From Alloascoidea hylecoeti (taxonomy: Eukaryota), in NCBI GenBank assembly GCA_001600815.1, contig BCKZ01000005.1, positions 974,875 through 1,038,874 of the forward strand: a stretch of DNA of 64,000 nt, read 5' to 3'. The first letter of the stretch is position 1. Each line of letters starts with the position of its first letter. A program made the translations under genes and the position numbers. The notes under the pieces were generated by a model. The model had not been told where the DNA came from. It saw nothing but the letters and a program-made list of their open reading frames with translations, and searched no databases. Shown piece after piece: positions 40,671 to 51,610 of the stretch.

Positions 40671-42278
40671 TTAGGTTGTTAGTTCCCCGTCAGAGCCCAT
40701 TTTGGAATCAATATCATTGATCTCAGAGGAATCATATTCAATAGAAGTCTTCTTATCCATAACCTCATCAGCAATTTTCAAAAGTTCTCTCATCTCTTTA
40801 ACAAATTCGGAAATATCTTTTTTTGGCGGTTGGTTTCGAACTCCCCTTAAAAACATAGATGAAGCTGTGAAAGTTAATGTCATCACTGGAGAATCTTTAT
40901 AATTTGTTGTCGCAGCCTCGACCATGAAACCAACTCCTGGTACACCTGCAGCTAATGTCATTCTTTCAATATTATATTTTGAATTGGGGTTATACTCAAA
41001 TTTATGATATCCTAAATTAGACCAGTATATTAGGTTAAAAGTTGGGTCTCTAAGCCAATATGTGAAAAAATTAAAAGAACTTGGTATAAATTCTATCAAA
41101 GCATTAAGCGATTTTGTTAGAAGATTCTTCGGTTGAACCAATTCACGAAGCTCAGAACCAAACGCTATAATTTTCTCACCAAGAGTAGTTGAATTATTAT
41201 CATCGTGATATGTACCACTAACTCCTGTCGCATGAAATCCCCATAAGCGACTTGGTTCAATTCCATTCAAATTGGGATTTGAAGGGGAAATACATTTCCT
41301 GGTATTAGCAAGTATAGTAAATCTTATTGGAGTTGGAGTCTTGTTTGATGGATTTAAATCAAAATAGTGTGAGACACACTCGGCTGTCAATGTGGTTAAA
41401 AATGCAGTAACAGTTACATTGTGCTTCTTACAGGCTTTAAGAATTTTGTCTGTTTCTTGCTCTGTTAGATTTATGATTTCTGATTGAACAGGAGGGAGAT
41501 CTGGTGTCTTTGGAATTACTTTATATTCAGACACGTTAGGAATAGCACCTGGGATTGTCCAAAGACGTTTCAAAGAATGAGGCCAGAAAAAACGAGGTAA
41601 ATATTGGCCAATAACATTATTAATTAGAAATAATTTTGATGGCGAGTATTTTATAACACGATCTGGATGTGGTGGGAACAACGATGTAGCATCACGATCA
41701 GTAGGTACCGGTATATCTTTAACTCCAATAGTTATTTTTTGTAATGAATAATCAACATTTAAAGATTCCTGCTGTCTTAAATATTTCAACAATAACTCAT
41801 GGAACATATAAGCAGTGATTCCATCAAAGATACCATGATCAAAGACAAGACATACCTCGATATCATTATAGACAATTATTCTCCATTGAACGGCGTCCGT
41901 TCTATTGTCATTTTCAGGCTTGCCTCTATTTAGCATAGTAGAAGCTGCTTTTGAAGTAAGAGGCGATTTGGGATCATCTTCAACAGTTTCTGTAGTATAA
42001 CGATAATCCACAACGCTATTAAGATCAAGTTCTTCAATCAATGCCCAACTAGCTTCATTACAACCAACTTCAGGTGATTTATAAAACATATTAGCCAAAA
42101 GCCAGGGCTGATCCATAATTATGCATCTCAAAGCATAAATCAATCGCTCTTTAGATATTGGGTTTGAATAACGACAACTTTCAGAAACACTGCCAAATAA
42201 GTGTCGACAAATCGCAACATTGTAAAACCATTCGACACAACCAACGTTTCTTATATGTTGTCCAGCTTTAAGACTCAT
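40671..42278 (-). CDS. Alcohol acetyltransferase / N-acetyltransferase (AATase, ATF/SLI1-like) family protein
   Basis: Catalytic HxxxDG motif (FDHGIFDGIT), ILKACKKHNVTVTAFL and C-terminal WSNLG. Likely start is MSLKAGQ at 42278. Confidence 0.82.
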   Translation of the reverse strand: MSLKAGQHIRNVGCVEWFYNVAICRHLFGSVSESCRYSNPISKERLIYALRCIIMDQPWLLANMFYKSPEVGCNEASWALIEELDLNSVVDYRYTTETVEDDPKSPLTSKAASTMLNRGKPENDNRTDAVQWRIIVYNDIEVCLVFDHGIFDGITAYMFHELLLKYLRQQESLNVDYSLQKITIGVKDIPVPTDRDATSLFPPHPDRVIKYSPSKLFLINNVIGQYLPRFFWPHSLKRLWTIPGAIPNVSEYKVIPKTPDLPPVQSEIINLTEQETDKILKACKKHNVTVTAFLTTLTAECVSHYFDLNPSNKTPTPIRFTILANTRKCISPSNPNLNGIEPSRLWGFHATGVSGTYHDDNNSTTLGEKIIAFGSELRELVQPKNLLTKSLNALIEFIPSSFNFFTYWLRDPTFNLIYWSNLGYHKFEYNPNSKYNIERMTLAAGVPGVGFMVEAATTNYKDSPVMTLTFTASSMFLRGVRNQPPKKDISEFVKEMRELLKIADEVMDKKTSIEYDSSEINDIDSKMGSDGELTT

Positions 42279-43197
42279 TTTTGTATATATAATTTTGACT
42301 TCAAATTTAATTGATCTACAATTATAGGGAAAACTTAGGAATATATATTCCATTGATATTGAAACACTATATATATTAAGGCCTTATAGCTTTATCTACA
42401 GGTTATAAAATAGGCATACATTAGTTGATATCAATATTAATACTCTAAATTGCTATATGAAGGTATATACTTATATTACTTTAGAATATTTGAGACATTT
42501 CGATGTTTTTAGTGATGTTATATTGGGTGTTTAAGTGCAAAATCCCATTCACGCACATGCATACATCAATTTAGAATTTTAGATGCAATGTTTTTGATTT
42601 TGAGTTTTGACAACATTATGACAGGCAGAAATTAAAAGCTGACCCTCTGGCTCTAATCTTCTTCTCCGATTCATGGGGGATCACACCAAAAAGCTCACAA
42701 ATTAAAGATCAGAAGTTCATACAAAATGTAGAAAACAGCGAAGATAAATTTTTTTCTATCAATATCGATGTCCCTTGAAGAAGTTAAATTATTTAATCTT
42801 AGGTTATTCTTTTCATACATCATAATAGCATATTCCAATTTTCCAATATTAATGTAATTAATGAAAAAATAAAATATGCAGACTTTGGTTCAGGTTTCAC
42901 AGGAAAAAGAATTGGAGACATCACCTAAACCTGTAACCTCCATATGTTAATTCTCCACCCACAACCCCTGAATATGGTAATAAGGAAAAGAACCCCTGAA
43001 AATGGCAATAAGGAAAAAATGCTTAAGGGCTCTTGAACAGTGTGCTCTTTAATAATCTTTGAAATTGATATTATTAGGTTCAAGTCCAATTTTTGCAAAG
43101 CATTTAGCGGTTCTAACATCTTTGCTTGTTGATTCAAGAATTGCATTTGAGCTGAATACATCAATTCCAAAGGTTAATAAATCTAAATTTAGATTTT

Positions 43198-43728
43198 GAG
43201 TACCCCATCCAATATTTAACTACAGAAAGATTGGATGACCTCCTCGGCGGCGATAAACGAAAAATACCAATTGCTTACAAAGTTAGAGGACGATCAACTT
43301 ATTGATTCACTGGTTTATTGCGCTAAAATGGGGATGAGTGTAGATTCGTTTCTCCACAAGCATGGTGTATGAAGTGATTGGCTGGAAATACAACACTCCC
43401 AGGACGCCCTATCACCAACGCAAAAGCTACCCAAACGAGATGATAACGGGCACTATAAATTCAAAGTCGATTTATTGTTTTCTTGATAGGAAATCTCAAA
43501 TTTTGGTACACCACATCTATAATCCAATTTGTTTTGCATAACTTTCGTACTTCAAGAGAGTTTAATGAATAATTCTCTTATAAGATTTATTTGTAATAAT
43601 TATATTAGCAAAACGTTTATAAGTTAAGTAACAAATACTAAGAGGTTGGATGAATTTTTAGCCTGGTTGACAGAGGAATATCGAGTTACAATGTATTGGA
43701 TTAATCCTGAGCTCCATTCTCTTCAACA
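43198..43728 (+). repeat. Fused segments B'+C' (copies of 25297-25677 and 31389-31591, without the intervening ABC block)
   Basis: Direct visual alignment; the junction is at CACATC 43512-43517. Confidence 0.82.
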
Positions 43729-43940
43729 TTATAAGGGTACAATAATATTAAATGTTGTTTAGTATAAATGAATTCAAAATGAAAAAAAAAAGTTGATTCT
43801 ATTCTATGATGATACCAATATGTAAACCAAGACTGATATGATATCGGGATCAATTACATTAATTTTTATTAATTGATATTTTGATCTCGCTATCGTTCAT
43901 CAATCCTAATGTGAGTATGCAATGCATATGCATACCAACA

Positions 43941-45650
43941 TTAATCAACGGTTGTGCCATCCCAACAATATTCTTGAAAGCATCGTTTACATTGATTTGT
44001 TTGCTCAATTCCCCGTCTCTCTTGTTCACGTCTAATTATAGCACAACCTACACATGCATTCCATTCATTATCCAATGTTAAGTTATTTCTGCTTGCGACT
44101 TCATAACCGTTTTTAATCATGGATTTTTTTTCGGTTTCTGAATATTTCAATTTATATGTAGAGACATTTGAATCAAAAGAAAATTTTCTATTTGCGATGT
44201 AAATAACCAAAGGAGGAATATTAGTTAATGATAATTCGGTTAAATTAGAGGCGTTACATCCAAAGAATGTGGGCCTTTTAGTTAAATTTAGTTTCAAGAA
44301 AGTGTTATCATCCGGGACATATGGAAAGGTGATTCCGGCGCCTTGTTTTTCAAATTGCCTTTCATATGTAGAAATAAGGGCATCTCCGTTAGGAAAGTTA
44401 TTGTCATCAGCTGAATTATCAAATGCAAATATTGTATCAACTTGCCTTTCCTCTAGAAGTAATGGATATAAAGGAATATTTTGTCCATCTTCACCACCAT
44501 CAACTAAAGATAAAAATTCAGAAGACGATATTGTACTTAAAGTATTAAAATTTGAAAATGGATTTGGCTCATATATTGCAATATCATTGTATTCGACACC
44601 AATATCATATTTAAGTTTATCGATTATCCTCAAGAGTATTTTTTTTAAAGGTAACTTTTCATCAATTGTATTGACAATTGCATTGAATAACGAAGATGAA
44701 GTACCCATTATAAATCCGGCATTATCAAAGCCAGCAACGCATGATCCATTAACTTGTGTACCTCCATTTGTAGTCGTTCCTAAATACTTAACGTTTGTAA
44801 ATGCTTCCAATGTTGGATCCCATGATCCCAATTCAAAAGGATTTATTTCGAAAACTGTTGAATTCAAATTAATAACTTTTGTGTTTGGATATCTCCCATC
44901 TGCAACAAAAATTGGAAAGGGCATATCATGACTAACAAATGCATCAAGTTGTTGAATTGTCGACCAGGTATATCCAGAACTTTCTTCCAATGACATGTCA
45001 ATTAAATGAGATGACAACATTCTACCCCATGGATCTGTTAAAGAAACTGAAGTAGAGTCAGATTTATCCTCAACTTCATCTGCAATCTCTTTCCAGTATG
45101 CGATTGTCTTGGCTAAATCTAAACCACCAGGATTATACAAATTATGTTTAAGATCCCAAATTCCAGAATTTGGCTCTAAAATATCTTCAATAGAAGTCCA
45201 ATTGTTTAGTACAAGAGTACCGACTAGCCAACTTCCTCCCGATAATCCAGTAATATATGTAGAAGCTTGAACTAATCCTCCTAAACCGGTCGTATTTGCA
45301 TTTTCAGTTCTACCATCAAGAGCTGAAAATTGTCCACCACCTGCTAGCATTGCTCTAAGACCACCACCAGAAAACGCCATGCCTATATTAAGAGAAACAT
45401 TTGATAAGAATTCTTGATAATCAAAATCAGTTAGATTTGCTCTAGCAAAATAGTCCAACATGGCAGCATCAGTAACAATATGTCTTTTTTCAATCCAAGC
45501 CTTTTCGCTTGAACTTAAACCATCTGCAGTTCTAACTAAATCTTCTGAAGGACATTCAACAAGACCAGGAGCATAGGAATTTGTTGGCGACCAGGCTGAT
45601 ATTAACGGAGAGAATAAACCAATCAAACAAGTTATTAGAATTAGTTTCAT
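43941..45650 (-). CDS. Lysophospholipase / phospholipase B, secreted
   Basis: Signal peptide, WSPTNSYAP, SGGGLRAML, GLSGGSW, LVDGGEDGQNIPL and terminal CFQEYCWDG. Confidence 0.95.
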   Translation of the reverse strand: MKLILITCLIGLFSPLISAWSPTNSYAPGLVECPSEDLVRTADGLSSSEKAWIEKRHIVTDAAMLDYFARANLTDFDYQEFLSNVSLNIGMAFSGGGLRAMLAGGGQFSALDGRTENANTTGLGGLVQASTYITGLSGGSWLVGTLVLNNWTSIEDILEPNSGIWDLKHNLYNPGGLDLAKTIAYWKEIADEVEDKSDSTSVSLTDPWGRMLSSHLIDMSLEESSGYTWSTIQQLDAFVSHDMPFPIFVADGRYPNTKVINLNSTVFEINPFELGSWDPTLEAFTNVKYLGTTTNGGTQVNGSCVAGFDNAGFIMGTSSSLFNAIVNTIDEKLPLKKILLRIIDKLKYDIGVEYNDIAIYEPNPFSNFNTLSTISSSEFLSLVDGGEDGQNIPLYPLLLEERQVDTIFAFDNSADDNNFPNGDALISTYERQFEKQGAGITFPYVPDDNTFLKLNLTKRPTFFGCNASNLTELSLTNIPPLVIYIANRKFSFDSNVSTYKLKYSETEKKSMIKNGYEVASRNNLTLDNEWNACVGCAIIRREQERRGIEQTNQCKRCFQEYCWDGTTVD

Positions 45651-46040
45651 GTTAAGTTGATTTGGCCATATATAATTATAATGATTAGGGTTATCTATTG
45701 AAGTTAATTCTTAGAACAAAAAACGGAATTCGATACTCTTAAATATATATTTAATATTTGCAAACGTTAATACTGTTGAGAATTAGCCAATCAACTTAGG
45801 TAACATTGTTTCAATTGTTCGGTAAAGGGCTCGTTTAGTTAAATATGAATATATAGGCCTAATGTCATATATTCTTTGTCAAGGCTTAATATTATATGCC
45901 AAACAGGTGTACAATATATTTATTTAAAACTTTAATTAAAGGCTTCCAATAATCAATAATTATAATATCACTCTAATATAATGCTCAAAATTTTCACAAA
46001 ACTAATTATAACTTGATCATATTATTAAGGTCCCGAAAAT

Positions 46041-46048
46041 TCCGCGGA
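46041..46048. promoter_or_regulatory. PDRE-like palindrome TCCGCGGA about 390 bp upstream of the phospholipase B gene
   Basis: Exact match to the Pdr1/Pdr3 consensus in very AT-rich DNA; function in this species is unproven. Confidence 0.3.
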
Positions 46049-46884
46049 GTATGTTATATATAAAAACAAATTTCTAGTATAAATTTTGATCGGAAAAATT
46101 ATAGTTTATGTATTTACAGAGTGATATTCTCATAATATATAAGCGCTAAGTTGTATAATTCAAATATTTAACTGTGACCGCAGTTTTTTTTTAACTAGAG
46201 ATGGTTACGTACACTGATATATATATTACGTCAACTTATTTTTATTGGACATGGCACTCTTGGGCGGTCGACAAGAGGTGGCGCGACTTTTTAGTGTAAA
46301 TGGTTTTAACAGGCAGTTTAATTTTATATAAATGTTCAATTATAAATCATAGGGCATGAAAATTTATTCCTTTATGATTTAAGAGACTTAAGTAGCAGCT
46401 ATAACCTTTATTTTGTTTTGGAAAAAATGGTACCTATTTCCTATTTCTCGAGCTTCGGTATCAGTCCTGTCAGCACATAATTGCTCTCGTGTCCCTTATC
46501 TAGATACCATTATAATATAATAGTTAGCGGTATAGGGCCTATACCCCACATAATCCCAAGATATCCGCCTCTTCTGTATCAAACCACGACAAAGCGTATT
46601 AAGCTTTAAGTATCATATATACGTATATACATATATATATGAATGAATTCGAATATGTAAGCTTTTTCAGCTGGTATATAAGTCTCTATATATTTGGAGG
46701 CTGGTCAAATAAATTGTAACAACTAGTAATATTCTTGATCTATTTCTTGCCCATAGTATAATATCCTTCAATGATATATCCCCAATACATAATTAGATCA
46801 ACAATTCTATCACTTAATTTTTAATGCATATAAACCGATTATACACAATTAATATACACTGAAAATTATGGGATGGCTAATATA

Positions 46885-47482
46885 CAGTCATTTAACTATA
46901 TTTCAGCCACTTGACCGACTAAATATTCGTACATCACAATATTCAACTACGCGACCCAATACAAGCCTTGTGATGCACTTGATATTCGACTAGATGATTC
47001 AGCCATTTAAATTCTGATAAATAATTATCGGCCACATGATGCACTAATGTTAGGTCATATTGGTGAATAAATATCGGGCATGTATACAACATCATTTTTA
47101 AAAAAAGTACAAACTCGATACAAAATAAGACTACTTAGTACCTAATTCATATTTGAACGTGTTGATTGGTTTTGGCTCATTTTTTATATTTACTTATAAT
47201 TATAACGATTAACTATTCATTGATCTTACTCTTTAATTATCAGACGAGAGTTATTGAAACTTTATTAAAGGACAAATGTTAATATTTTTATTTACGAATG
47301 AGTAAGTTATATGATACTAAAATCACACATGACCAACAATTAGACCTGGTCGGTATTTTAAAATGGCCGAAACCTAATGTATGATATGACCAGTTTTTTA
47401 GTGCTTCAAGTGGCCGATTACATAATTTTAAAGTGGGCGAATATTTACTACATTAAAAAGGCGAAATTATGTGAAATGAATG
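46885..47482. mobile_element. About 600-bp degenerate MITE related to 26158-26403
   Basis: TA|CAGTCATTTAACTATATTTCAGCCACTTGACCGACTAAATATTCG ... GAAATTATGTGAAATGAATG|TA. The internal TTTAGTGCTTCAAGTGGCCGA matches the 26-kb MITE TIR with one mismatch. Confidence 0.65.
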
Positions 47483-49096
47483 TACCATAGTTCACTCTAT
47501 CTAGGTTACGTAAGGAATTACAGTCACGTATGAATGAATTGTAACATATCGTAACATATCACATAATACTTTCTTAAAGAATAAGCTTATAAGGTTTAAA
47601 TGGGTCCTTTATCCACCATTCAACCAAGCCACCAGGCCATGGGGTGCCCACCATTGGATAAAAATCTAACCTAAGCCAACACCATGTCAATTAATGATTC
47701 AAATACCAGCAAATATAGCCGAACGCGGAACTCTTAAAGAACCATCAAATAATGAGGTGGAACTAACAAGCGAAGGCATACACGAATGCTGATACAACCA
47801 TACAACCACAGCCACAGGTACTTACTTGCATAAAATTCCATTATATAATGAAGTTACATAAGTTACATAATCTAATTTTATTTCCTTTTATGTGCCACGG
47901 TCTTTAATTTTATTAGATTACAATTTTACTGCAGATCTGAATCCCTTCCATTTCTATTTAACCTCCTATAGCAGTGAGTCTAGTGACTGAAAAAAAATAC
48001 TTCCTAATATCCAGCTCAGGGCGCAAGCAGAGTGTAAACTTATACCTACACAATACCTTGAAGTAACGTTCAAACATGTAGTGTATTTACACTCTTCTAT
48101 TGTTGTTTCTTATATTATATTAGTATTGGAATTGATTGGCCAGACTATAGTTATATGAGAATTTTCTGTTGGATATGGGGGAAATCAATGATACATCAAA
48201 TTGAAAGAAAATTAAAGGTGCATACCGATTTTGTATGATCCCATTAATTAAAGAATGTGAAGAGATACTCAATTGATTGAAAATTGAAATGGCATAATTA
48301 TATAATATTGTCACGATCTATAAGCCTCCATAAAAGGAAGTAAAACAATCAGATCTGGATTGATAAGCATCACACATGGATGATTCCCATTAAACTTAGA
48401 TCCAGCATTAAAACAACAAAAACAAAAGACTTCATTTTGTTTGATAGAGGTTGTCTTGTGTCATAAATAGAATTTGTTTCAGATTGTAGTTTGGATAAAA
48501 GTCAAAATTTGTAATAGTGTAATATTCGTGAGGACTTTTGAGGTTAGCCAAAATGTTATTTATCTGTGTCCTTACATATTCCATGTATTCTTCAGCATCT
48601 TCACAGCCATACAGTTACCATAAAAGTCATATTTTATTAATTGGATTGTTTGATAACCTTGCAATTGGTTCCAAAATTGGGTGAGAATAAAGTATTAAGA
48701 TTGGTGGGAAAAAAAGTTCCTCAACCCAAACATATCACTAAAACCAAATGTTATAGATGTGAGGCGCTTTACCTTGTTTAATTAATGTCTTATACTAATT
48801 TTTTACCGAAAATGATACTATCGGGAATTACCAACCCATTTATATTTATCCTTTAAAGCTGAGAAAAATCTTCTTATACTTCTTGTGATTTTTATTGATC
48901 TTCTCTCTCTCTCCTTTTTGCATTTTCCAAGCCCTTGGTTGTAGAATTATAACAAAACAGTTCCTCAAAATAATAACTTTTGGATATAAGTTTCATACTT
49001 CAACAAAGGTATAATATCAATAACCTTCGAACTTTATATTATATTGGAATCAACTGCAGACCAATTCCCAAGTGGTTTATAAAAAATATTATAACC

Positions 49097-50961
49097 ATGG
49101 CGAAAACATCAAGGAAACTTAGTCACCAATCATCCCTTCGATCATATGCTTCTAGGCGGTTAACGAGACATAGCACTACACGAAAAACAATTTCGAAAGT
49201 TAAGGAAACTTCAGAAGCTACACTGATATATTCACCTAAAGGCACCAAACAATTAAATCAATATGAATTACTTGATAATATTGGCAACGAAAAAGATGAT
49301 TTAGAAAGATTTATATTCGATGGAGTATCCCCCATCGCACCCAACGGTATGAAAGGAAGGAAAGTAAAACTGGCAAGAAATCCAATAACTGGAGATAAAG
49401 TGGTACGTTCATATCAAATTAATGCTTGTTTATACTTGCATTCTTGTCTTATATATAGTTTAAGATCTAACATTTTAAGGCCATAAAAGAAATAGAAAAG
49501 ATTGTACCACAATTAAGTGGTGAATTACAAAACCTTGGTTCACAAATACAATACAATAACTATCTACGAGAACTATCCATTTTAAAAGAATGCTCACATG
49601 AAAATATTATGGCTGTTTATGAGATTATAGATGATGAAAGATATCGAACATTGTATATGGTTACAGAATATCTATCAAAAGGTCATTTAAAATGGGAATC
49701 AACACAACGAAGACCAAAAATGGGATTAATTCCAGTAATTCCAATATCAACGGCGAGGAAATATTTCATTGATTTATTATCAGCTATTGAATATTTACAT
49801 TCAAAAGATATTATACACTGTGATATTCGACCACATAATTTTTTAATTTCAAAAAAAAATGATTTAAAAATCTTTAGTTTTAATTCATTTTTTTTAAAAA
49901 ATAATGATGATGAAGAAAATAATAAAAATTTTAATATTTCTTTAAAAACTTCAGATGAAATGAGATTTATGGCTCCTGAATTATGTGTTGATTATTATAA
50001 TCATGTAAATCAATCAAATGATTTATATAATACTTATGTTAACAGCAATAATTCAAATCAATCAATTGGTTTGAAAATTCGAAGATTCGAAAATCCTGAA
50101 GCAATTGATATCTGGTCATTAGGTGTTACTTTATATTGTTTTGTTTTTGGTAGATATCCATTCTTGGCAAGAAATAAATTTGATTTGGCTCGTCAAATTG
50201 TAACAGAACCTGTTAGATTCCCAACACAGTATAGAATAAATCATGATATCAACAATGCGATTGATTTAATATCAAAAATAATGAAAAAAGATCCAAAAAA
50301 GAGAATCACATTAAGTGACATTAGACTACATCCTTTTGTTGTTAACTTAACAATGGATGAAAATAGAGCTAACGAACATATTCATAGTGAATCATTAGAC
50401 ACAGCTATTCAAAAAAGATCAAATTCCATTATAGCAAAGAAAGGTTTATCGAAACTTCATCGAAAAGTGAATCATTTACTAGGCTTTGGTGTTGATGTTC
50501 ATATAACAACCGAAAAAGCTGAAGAAATTGAAAAAGAAATTCAATTAGAGGAAATACAAAGAATAGAAAAACAGAAAAAACTAGCTACCGAAAAAATGAA
50601 ACATCAAATACATCTCGTTAAATCAGCTGAAGGTATAAATGATCATGGAAATCACAATCACATTCACAATACCAATCATAATCACAATTATCATCTTAAG
50701 AATCTTGTAACTATAAGTACGCCAGAATTAAGATCAATAATTTCAACAAGAAAGCATAAAATTGATGTAAAACATATTCATAATCCACAAATTCAAAATT
50801 CATGTATAAATTTAAATGGAATTGGTGATTATTCAATTGATAGAAATAGAGATTCTTATGGTATTAGATCAATTACATCAAGTTCAATTGAATCTACTTT
50901 TTCATCGGAAACTGATACTTATTCATCTGATGAACAATATTATAAAAGAAATTACCTATGA
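49097..50961 (+). CDS. CaMKK-family (Sak1/Tos3/Ssp1-like) protein with degenerate catalytic motifs, probable pseudokinase; 2 exons (49097-49402, 49480-50961)
   Basis: Intron GTACGT...TCTAAC...AAG restores KV|AIKEI in frame with the 450-aa ORF. VKET...LNQYELL, FMAPEL and IDIWSLGVTLYCFVFGRYPF are CaMKK-like; HCDIRPHN and KIFSFN replace HRDIKPxN and KIxDFG. Confidence 0.82.
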
Positions 50962-51610
50962 TAATAAAGATTATAACACAATTATATGGATTTCGCTTGT
51001 ATTTTTTTTTTTCTACAGAGAATGAAGCTCTAGTACGATCGAAATTGCAATATGATATTCATTTCTAGCCATGGAAAATACTATATAAATATATTAGCTA
51101 TAAATTAAATATAAATATTTGATTACATATAACTATAAAAGTTGACGCTTACTTCATAGGGAGTCTCTCTGTCCATCTTAAATGTGATACTGTTAAAATA
51201 CAATCCAATCGAAAGCGTAAGCTACAGTGATATTATTGATAATTATAACATTCGTAGACCAAGATTCATTTTACATTAAGTGTTCCGCACCATATAAGTT
51301 ATACAATCATTATATCCCATTTAATCTCTACCTTCGGAACTAAGCAGTCAGCATGGCCGAATGTTTAGTCAATACATCAGTGTCGTTCTCCAACCCGGGA
51401 GAAATAATACAAATCTTCCGGAACATATATATAGGGTAAAAAACCTTTTTATCAACACAATCTGATGCCTAGAATTCCGTTAGGCAACATTTCTGATATT
51501 TCTAATTCTAAAACGCATTTAAATCCGACTGAGCAAATTAAAATTTGTGGTAAGAGTCTGAGAGACCCGTAGTTTCACAACATCCTAACAACCTTATTTC
51601 TTTTCACAGA

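Noticed and set aside
42600..43190. ORF 42925-43170 with GCGWRI (Mutator-like) and a 27-bp tandem duplication
   Set aside because: A single short motif with no other transposase features.
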